From a virus (Duplodnaviria; Caudoviricetes), in IMG/VR virus record IMGVR_UViG_3300017700_000501, positions 1-32,652 of that record: a DNA stretch of 32,652 nt. One strand, 5' to 3'. The position numbers and the translations under genes are program-made. The notes under the pieces were generated by a model that worked only from the letters and a program-made list of their open reading frames with translations, was not told the origin of the DNA and ran no database searches. Below, piece after piece: positions 26,591 through 32,652 of the stretch (the first letter of the stretch is position 1; the number at the start of each line of letters is the position of its first letter).

Positions 26591-26859
26591 TTGCGCCGGG
26601 TGCTGCGACGTTCGCCCGGCCGGGCGGTTGCCTGCTCGAGCACGTCGGCATTCGACGTGCGGATGCTGCCGGCGTCGAACGAGCGAACTCGAGTCGGCAC
26701 CGGTGCGAACGCATCCGGGTTCGCGAGCACAACCGGGTCGGTTGCGTCCCACGCCTCGCCGGCAGTGAGCATGATCCGCTCAGAGCCGAGCGACACACCG
26801 CAGGTCTGTCGCACGAACACGTGCGCCGGATCGGCTGCCTTGCTGGTCGGTGTTGCCAT
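26587..26859 (-). CDS. Small capsid-associated protein
   Basis: GEAWDATDPVV...VLEQATARPGERR pattern seen after actinophage capsid genes; RBS AGGAGG. Confidence 0.7.
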   Translation of the reverse strand: MATPTSKAADPAHVFVRQTCGVSLGSERIMLTAGEAWDATDPVVLANPDAFAPVPTRVRSFDAGSIRTSNADVLEQATARPGERRSTRRK

Positions 26860-26902
26860 TGTGGTGATTCCTCCTGTGGGCGGTGGGCGGTGGGCGGTGT
26901 TC

Positions 26903-26943
26903 GTCGAGGTGCGCCGACACCGCCCGTGGCGGCGCACCTCGAC
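26903..26943 (-). terminator. Stem-loop after the major capsid gene
   Basis: gtcgaggtgcgccg-13 nt-cggcgcacctcgac, a perfect 14-bp stem. Confidence 0.65.
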
Positions 26944-26960
26944 AGCTGTTGTTCGCTGCG

Positions 26961-28415
26961 TCAGTTCTGCAGCAGACGGAACCCGTTGTCGTTGATCGAA
27001 TCGGCACCGACTCGAGCGTGTGCGAACCATCCGCGCTCGCCGGTCGGGCGGTTGTTCGTCACGTCGAACAGGTGCGGCACGAGCTCGACCTCCATACCTG
27101 CGCGCTGTGCGATCAGGTAGTTGCGGAAGTCGCCGACGACCAACCGGTTCGCGGCTGCGGTGCCGGTCGTCATCGCCGGTGCGTAGCTCGCGAACTCGAC
27201 CGGTCGCTGCCGGACGGTCTCGAGCTCCTGCGTCAGATCGACGGTGACGAACGACAGGTTGTTCGCAGCGCCGAACGAGGCGACCTCGTTGCCGACGGTG
27301 TGCGACATGACCCACGTCGCGTTCTGCTTGAACCGGTCCGGCAGCTGACCCCACACCTTGTTGATGTCGGTGCCCGAGAACGTGCCCGCGGTGGTCACCG
27401 CGACCTCGACGTTCGTGTTCGCGTCGAGCGCCGTGAAGATACCGAACGGTTCCTCGGAACCGTCGCCGGCACCGACTGCGAACTTCTGCGCCTTGAGCTC
27501 TGCGAACCCCTCGGCGAGCAGCGTCGACATCTCGGAGGCGAACCCCGGGTAGTCGCCGCCGACCTCGATGGTGTACGGGATGAACCCGCGCGCCATGTGC
27601 GAGTTGACGATCGGCTGAGCGAGCGTCGGCTGACCGTTGGTGACGGTCGCCGATTCCGCTTGGAACGCCCACGTCACACCGGCCGAGCTCACACCGCGCC
27701 ACGCGTCGGTCGTGATCGTCTCGATCCGACTGATCGCCTCGAACGGGTTGAGCGAGCCCTGCGCGGTCAGGATGATCGACGGGTCGATCAGCACCGGCAC
27801 ACCGAACCCACCGGCGGTGTCGGTCGTGATGTTCATGGCGCGGAACTCGGCCCACGCCTGCATCGCTCGCGACTCCTCGACGGTCAGCACGGGCTGTGCC
27901 TGCGTGACCATCTTCATCCACGCGGAGCGGTACGCGTCGCTGTCGGTGATCAGCATGCGGCGCACGATCTGATCGCCGTCGAAGTTGCGCGACTTGCCCT
28001 GTCGCACGAGCGACTCGACACGATCACCGATCGCGGTGTCGACCTCGGCCGAGCGGGTCTCGAGCAGTGCGAGAGCCTGATCGCGGGCAGCGCCGCGGCC
28101 GAGCTCGAGCACGTTGCCGGCGTCGGCGACCTCGGTGCGCCGCATGATCTGCGGTGCGTCGGTCTCCGGTGCGCTGGCGCGGGTCGCAGCGACTGGCTCG
28201 AGCTCGGCGATCCGCGCGTCGATCGTGTCGAGCTCGGTGTCGAGCCCGGCGACCGCGGTGCGGGCCTCGTCGAACGCGGCCGACTCGGCCTCGTTGAGCT
28301 CGGTACGAGCCTCGGTCTCGGCGGTCTCGGTGACCGCTTCCATCGCCTCGACGAACTCGGCGCGCTGCGCCTCGAGCTCGAGCCGCTTTGCCTTGAGCAT
28401 CTGCAGGAACTTCAT
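26961..28415 (-). CDS. Major capsid protein (HK97 fold with N-terminal delta domain)
   Basis: Coiled-coil N-terminus; GGFGVP, GDGSEEPFGI, VVGDFRNY, ARVGAD motifs. Confidence 0.93.
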   Translation of the reverse strand: MKFLQMLKAKRLELEAQRAEFVEAMEAVTETAETEARTELNEAESAAFDEARTAVAGLDTELDTIDARIAELEPVAATRASAPETDAPQIMRRTEVADAGNVLELGRGAARDQALALLETRSAEVDTAIGDRVESLVRQGKSRNFDGDQIVRRMLITDSDAYRSAWMKMVTQAQPVLTVEESRAMQAWAEFRAMNITTDTAGGFGVPVLIDPSIILTAQGSLNPFEAISRIETITTDAWRGVSSAGVTWAFQAESATVTNGQPTLAQPIVNSHMARGFIPYTIEVGGDYPGFASEMSTLLAEGFAELKAQKFAVGAGDGSEEPFGIFTALDANTNVEVAVTTAGTFSGTDINKVWGQLPDRFKQNATWVMSHTVGNEVASFGAANNLSFVTVDLTQELETVRQRPVEFASYAPAMTTGTAAANRLVVGDFRNYLIAQRAGMEVELVPHLFDVTNNRPTGERGWFAHARVGADSINDNGFRLLQN

Positions 28416-29230
28416 CGGGTATGCCCTCCTCGGGATCGTTCGGTTGCTGCTCGAGCGACTGCTGTCGACACGAGCGATCGGGCCGTCGAGTGAGTCGAGC
28501 TCGGCTCGTCGGGTGCTTCACCGAGGGTGCTCGAGGCGGCGCCCGGATCTGACGGCGCAGATCGTAGCTCGCGGGTCCGCTCGAGGTAGTGATCGGTCAG
28601 GCAGCGCACACCGGCCGACGCGCCCGCGTAGGCGGGAAACACGACCGGGCCGAACTCGGCGCACTTGAGCTCGGTGATCGTCCGCTCAGGCAGCCCGGTC
28701 GGGTTCCACTCGGACACACCCGGTTCCTCGTTCCACTCCTCGCGCACCACCGAGAACCGGAACGATGCACCGAGCAGCGAGCCGTGCGACTCGCCGCTGA
28801 TCGTCCGGCCCTGCAGTAGAGGCAGGATGCGGTCGCGGTTGTAGTCGGTGTCGAGCAGCGGCACCTCGTACCACGGTCCGACAGTCTCCTCGCGGAGCTC
28901 GGTGATCGGGCCGAGCGGCGAGTCGCCGACGAACGGGTCGAACCCGTGGTCGAACTGCACCCGGATCTGATCGCGTCGCTCGGCGAACGTCTTTGCGAAC
29001 GCGCCGAACGCGATCCGCTCGAGGAACTCGCCCTCGTACCACGACCGGATCGTCGCCCACTGATCGAACACGGCGAAATGCCCGCACAGCAGCGAGCTCG
29101 AGCCGGTGTCGCCCTCGGCGCGGGTCTGCTCGACGAGCTCGAGCACGCGGTCGGCGCGAGCCCCTGCTGCCGGCGCCGGTGCCGAGTAGCCCCGATAGAG
29201 ATTCTCGCGTGGCGCGGTGATCGTGGTCAT
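28412..29230 (-). CDS. HK97-family prohead protease
   Basis: GHFAVF, FLERIAFGAF.KT, FDHG, SFRF, EFGPVVFPAY motifs. Confidence 0.9.
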   Translation of the reverse strand: MTTITAPRENLYRGYSAPAPAAGARADRVLELVEQTRAEGDTGSSSLLCGHFAVFDQWATIRSWYEGEFLERIAFGAFAKTFAERRDQIRVQFDHGFDPFVGDSPLGPITELREETVGPWYEVPLLDTDYNRDRILPLLQGRTISGESHGSLLGASFRFSVVREEWNEEPGVSEWNPTGLPERTITELKCAEFGPVVFPAYAGASAGVRCLTDHYLERTRELRSAPSDPGAASSTLGEAPDEPSSTHSTARSLVSTAVARAATERSRGGHTR

Positions 29231-30609
29231 TGTGGCTGCCCTCCCGGGTCGGTGTCGGGCGGTGGTACGAGCTCGGGCGGCAGCGCCGCGGCGAGGTTCG
29301 CGCCGGCCCGGTTCAGAATCTCGCGGGCCTCCTGCGCAGTGATCACCTTGCCAACAGCGAGATAGATTTTCTGCAGCGCACCGGCGAGCTCCACCGGGTC
29401 GAGCGAGCGGCCCTCGGTGCCGAGGAGCGCAGCAGCGTTGACCATCGGCGGGATGCCCGGCACGTCGAACTCGGGCCCGAACCCGGCCTCGTCCTCGAGC
29501 ACCCGAGCCTCGTTCACCGTGCGCAGCCGCGCGTCGAGCGCGAGTTTGTGGATCTTGAGCCGGGTCTCGGGGTCCGACTTGAGGAACGCGTCGCGGTTCA
29601 GCTTGACGATACGAGGTGCCGCGACGATCGCAGAAAACGCCTCCTCGATCGCGAGCAAGTAGCCGTCGGCCGAGTGCTTGAGGTAGTGCAGGTCGGCCTG
29701 CGACACGTTCGCATAGGTGACCGACTGACCCGACACAGCCGAGTAGACCATCGCCGGCGGCACCCGCCAGAAACGACACGCCTGCTCGACAGCAAACCGA
29801 ATGAGCTCGATGAACTGCGTGTTGTTCGGGTCCGACTGCACCTGTGTGTACTGCAGACCCGAGCCCATCACCGCGACCTCGCGCGACCCCGGTCGAATCG
29901 CTGCGTAGAACGAGGCTTTGATCCTCTTCGCCATGCCCTCGTCGAGCTCTTTGTCGCTGTGCAGGATCGCGGAAGGGTGCCCGCCGTCGGTGAAGAAACG
30001 AGCCCCGTACCCCTCGGCCTGCAGCGCAGCAGTGAGCGAGGTGCCCGCGTAGTCGAGCGGCGACAGCGCGAACGGCGACCCGGGCGGGATCATCTTGCCG
30101 GCGACATGCCACACCGGGCCATGCGGCCACAGCGCCTGCTCGCCCTTCCCGCGGATCGTGACCACAGCCACGCCGTCGTCGCGCACTGTGCGATTCGTGA
30201 CACCCGACGCGTGCATCAGGTCGATGCGCGTCGGGTTGAGGTCGCGGTCGAGGTTGTTGCCGACCCATCCGAACGCGTTGCCATCGGTCAGCAGCGAGTA
30301 CATCAGCTGATACAGCCACACCCGGCGAGACACGAGCGGCGACGGCCGGGTGATCACAGCGGGCGGCAGCGTCGGCAGCCGGGCGCCCGCGGTCGCGAGC
30401 ACCACGTCGATCGGGAGACTCGACACGGTGGTCGCGAGTACGTCGATGCACGCCCACGCTGCCGCGTTGTGTAGCGCCTCGTCCTCGGTGATCGGCCCGG
30501 TGCCGTAGCTCGAGACGGTCATCGCGGCGATCTGCTCGAGCGTGACCGATGGGAACTGCGACCGCACCTCGGCAGCTGCCGGCGCCAACGCCCGGCGGAA
30601 CAGCCCCAC
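29227..30609 (-). CDS. Portal protein (HK97 family)
   Basis: WACIDVLA, LLTDGNAF, FFTDGGHP, FWRVPP, TVNEAR..ED motifs. Confidence 0.92.
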   Translation of the reverse strand: MGLFRRALAPAAAEVRSQFPSVTLEQIAAMTVSSYGTGPITEDEALHNAAAWACIDVLATTVSSLPIDVVLATAGARLPTLPPAVITRPSPLVSRRVWLYQLMYSLLTDGNAFGWVGNNLDRDLNPTRIDLMHASGVTNRTVRDDGVAVVTIRGKGEQALWPHGPVWHVAGKMIPPGSPFALSPLDYAGTSLTAALQAEGYGARFFTDGGHPSAILHSDKELDEGMAKRIKASFYAAIRPGSREVAVMGSGLQYTQVQSDPNNTQFIELIRFAVEQACRFWRVPPAMVYSAVSGQSVTYANVSQADLHYLKHSADGYLLAIEEAFSAIVAAPRIVKLNRDAFLKSDPETRLKIHKLALDARLRTVNEARVLEDEAGFGPEFDVPGIPPMVNAAALLGTEGRSLDPVELAGALQKIYLAVGKVITAQEAREILNRAGANLAAALPPELVPPPDTDPGGQPQ

Positions 30610-30788
30610 TACCGCGGGCCTTCGGCAGCCGGCGCGGTCGAGCTCGAGCCCTCGAGCACCACACCGAGCACCACGAGCGCGCAGCCCGCGGCACCGAGGA
30701 ACGCTGCCAGACCGAACGCGAGACCGAGCGCCGCGGCGATCAGCGCCATACCGACGAGCTCGAGGAGCGTCGTCAGCGCCGAGCTCAC
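30609..30788 (-). CDS. Small membrane protein between terminase and portal
   Basis: 59 aa with two hydrophobic helices; overlaps both neighbours. Confidence 0.65.
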   Translation of the reverse strand: MSSALTTLLELVGMALIAAALGLAFGLAAFLGAAGCALVVLGVVLEGSSSTAPAAEGPR

Positions 30789-32218
30789 CACGCGTACACC
30801 GGTTTGCCCGCGTCCTCGACCGGGTTCGTCGCCCCCCACCGGGCGAGTGTGATCGCGACCAATGGGCTGATGTCGACCGTTGTGTCGTTCCGTGCCCACG
30901 TCCACACGTCACCTCGTCGTCGTCGGGTTGCTGCAGCTAGTGCGGTGTCGAGCTCAGTCTGCCCGATGTGCCGCACTGTGTGAGCGACCACAGCGTCGAA
31001 CAGCTGCCCACAGGCAGCAGCGTACTCGCGCCCGTTCGGTTGACGAACGACCACACCCGCGGTCACGAGCTCGTGAATCAGCGAGGCAGCCGGGCCGGCC
31101 GGGTCGATGACAACGCTGCCGCCGTGGTCGGCGACGAGCTCGATCACTCGCGCCACGATCCACGAGGTGCCGAACCGGTTTTCGACGAGCTCGAGGTGCA
31201 CCCCGTCGCTGACCCCGATGCTGCCGGCACCGCGATCCGGTGTGATGTCGACCGCGAACGTCGGTGCGACCTCGGGATCGCGCTTGTGCGCGGGGTCGAG
31301 AACCGGCATTTTCTGCCAGTGCTCCGCCGCGAACACCGGGTCGCGGCGCCCGGCCGACCACCGGTTCAGGTACCCGCGCTCGAACTCGCTGAGTTTCATC
31401 GTTGAAAAGTCGGTCGCGATTCGCTCCTCGGTGACGGTGTGACCGAGCGCAGGCATGCACGACCACCACGTCGCGGGGTCCGCGGGGTCTGCGTCGTCAT
31501 CGGCCGACCACTCGAAGTAGGCGACCCGCGAGGTCGCGCCGAGCTCGACGATCATCCGGCCGGCCTCGACTTTCGACCACAGGTAGGTCGAGTCGGCGGT
31601 GCCGGCGGTGCTGATGATCCACAGCTGCGGATCGGGCCGGGTCATCATCGCCGGTTTCATGAACTGTTCGATCCGGTGATCGGTCTGTTTGAACGCCTCG
31701 TCGATCACACCGAGGTCTAGATCGTCACCGTGCCCGGCCGACTCGGTGGTCGCCTCGATCCCCCACGTCGACCCGTTGCGGAAGATCATCGCCTCCTGAC
31801 CATTCGCCCGGCGCGTCGAGAACAGCGCGGCGAGCGGGGACGCCTCCATATCGGCGACGAACGTGGTCTCCCACTTTTTCCGCGCAGCGTTGCGGGTCTG
31901 CGCCGTGTAGGTGATGACCTGCCGGGCCCATGTCACCGCGCGGTGAGCCTGCACAGCCTCGAGGATTGTCGTTTTCCCTGAGCGCCGCGGCACCGTCACG
32001 ATAATTTCGCGGTACCACAGCAGCCCGGTCTCGGGGTCGACCTCGAGCGCGATATCGGCGACCTGCTGCTGCCACGGCATGAACGGCTTACCCTGCCGCT
32101 CGGCGATCGCAGCAGCGCGCGGCCCGAGCGTCAACCGCTCGGGATTACGAGGAGTCGCCCACCGCGGCACCGCCGTCGGTCGGTGTCCCACTGTCGCGCA
32201 GGAACTCGAGCCGGTCAT
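30785..32218 (-). CDS. terL: Terminase large subunit
   Basis: PWQQ, Walker A VPRRSGKT, Walker B VIDEA, IISTAG, nuclease FAVD and DISPLVA; exact start uncertain. Confidence 0.95.
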   Translation of the reverse strand: MTGSSSCATVGHRPTAVPRWATPRNPERLTLGPRAAAIAERQGKPFMPWQQQVADIALEVDPETGLLWYREIIVTVPRRSGKTTILEAVQAHRAVTWARQVITYTAQTRNAARKKWETTFVADMEASPLAALFSTRRANGQEAMIFRNGSTWGIEATTESAGHGDDLDLGVIDEAFKQTDHRIEQFMKPAMMTRPDPQLWIISTAGTADSTYLWSKVEAGRMIVELGATSRVAYFEWSADDDADPADPATWWSCMPALGHTVTEERIATDFSTMKLSEFERGYLNRWSAGRRDPVFAAEHWQKMPVLDPAHKRDPEVAPTFAVDITPDRGAGSIGVSDGVHLELVENRFGTSWIVARVIELVADHGGSVVIDPAGPAASLIHELVTAGVVVRQPNGREYAAACGQLFDAVVAHTVRHIGQTELDTALAAATRRRRGDVWTWARNDTTVDISPLVAITLARWGATNPVEDAGKPVYAW

Positions 32219-32582
32219 CGGCCGCGACCTGCGGTGCGAGCTCGGTCAAGGTCTCGCGGAGCTCGCGCGCCACCGGTGCCGGCGACTCGAGATACCCGGC
32301 GAGCTTGCGAGCGAGCTCGAGCGCGAGCTCGGCGAGCGCGGCGTGATGCTTCGACCATTGATCGGACGCCTTGCGCTCGGTGATGAACGCCGTCACCGCG
32401 ACCACGAGCTCGGTCGATTCGCGGGCAGCTGCAGCAGCAGCGCGACCCCCGGCCGGCGCACGTTTCGCCGGTGCCCGCTTGGCCGCGCCGCGTTTCGCGG
32501 GTGCCTTCGGTGCCGGCGAGCTCGGCGACTTGCGCGCCGGTCGTTTGCTCGAGCTCGAGGTCGGTCGTTTCGCTGCAGTCAT
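32145..32582 (-). CDS. terS: Terminase small subunit
   Basis: Upstream of terL; LALELARKL...VARELRETL.EL...DD.L..LR pattern; Lys/Ala/Pro-rich N-terminus; RBS AGGAG. Confidence 0.75.
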   Translation of the reverse strand: MTAAKRPTSSSSKRPARKSPSSPAPKAPAKRGAAKRAPAKRAPAGGRAAAAAARESTELVVAVTAFITERKASDQWSKHHAALAELALELARKLAGYLESPAPVARELRETLTELAPQVAADDRLEFLRDSGTPTDGGAAVGDSS

Positions 32583-32652
32583 CGGCTCGAGCTCCTGTCG
32601 AACACCCCCACACGATCATCGGGGAGAAATCTTGGAGGTGGCTGGCCTCTCC

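Noticed and set aside
26883-28493. Long + strand ORFs (for example 536 aa here, 18851-19984, 29230-30474, 1121-2296)
   Set aside because: They are antisense shadows of well-supported minus-strand genes. High GC and palindromic codon use suppress stop codons, and they carry no recognisable motifs.
28412-30694. 760-aa ORF suggesting a giant protease fusion; similar long N-terminal extensions on 16823-19201, 12824-14467, 24909-26210 and 26587-27921
   Set aside because: The extensions are Arg/Ala-rich off-frame reads overlapping real upstream genes. True starts coincide with stop overlaps or RBSs.
1-32652. tRNA, rRNA or alternative genetic code
   Set aside because: No cloverleaf or rRNA-like sequence was seen, and conserved genes translate intact under the standard code.

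Overview
This window looks like an essentially complete ~32.65 kb genome of a high-GC (roughly 70% by eye) siphovirus, probably infecting an actinobacterium (inference). It is opened near the packaging site, between an HNH gene (71-370) and the small terminase (32145-32582). All ~50 supportable genes are on the minus strand, many joined by ATGA/GTGA overlaps. Reading from 32.6 kb downward: terminases, portal, HK97-type protease and capsid; a glycosyltransferase plus GT-C-like membrane gene pair inserted in the head module; neck and tail genes with a candidate -1 frameshift in the tail chaperone; tape measure and minor tail proteins; lysis genes; an HTH regulator; YqaJ/RecT recombination genes; an HNH; a beta-class DNA methyltransferase; a replication-initiator/HNH fusion; a metallopeptidase; a SAM methyltransferase; a displaced tail-spike-like pair; a secreted Thr-rich protein; a beta-clamp-like protein; and small unknown genes. 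I saw no integrase, polymerase, helicase, tRNA or CRISPR. The most striking features are (1) frame-independent iteration of the palindrome CTCGAG/GAGCTC with apparent absence of CCWGG, (2) a dispersed glycosylation toolkit, and (3) several repeated operator/promoter motifs. All function calls come from motif recognition by eye, with no database searches. Many start positions were trimmed from the ORF track to the overlap- or RBS-supported codon.
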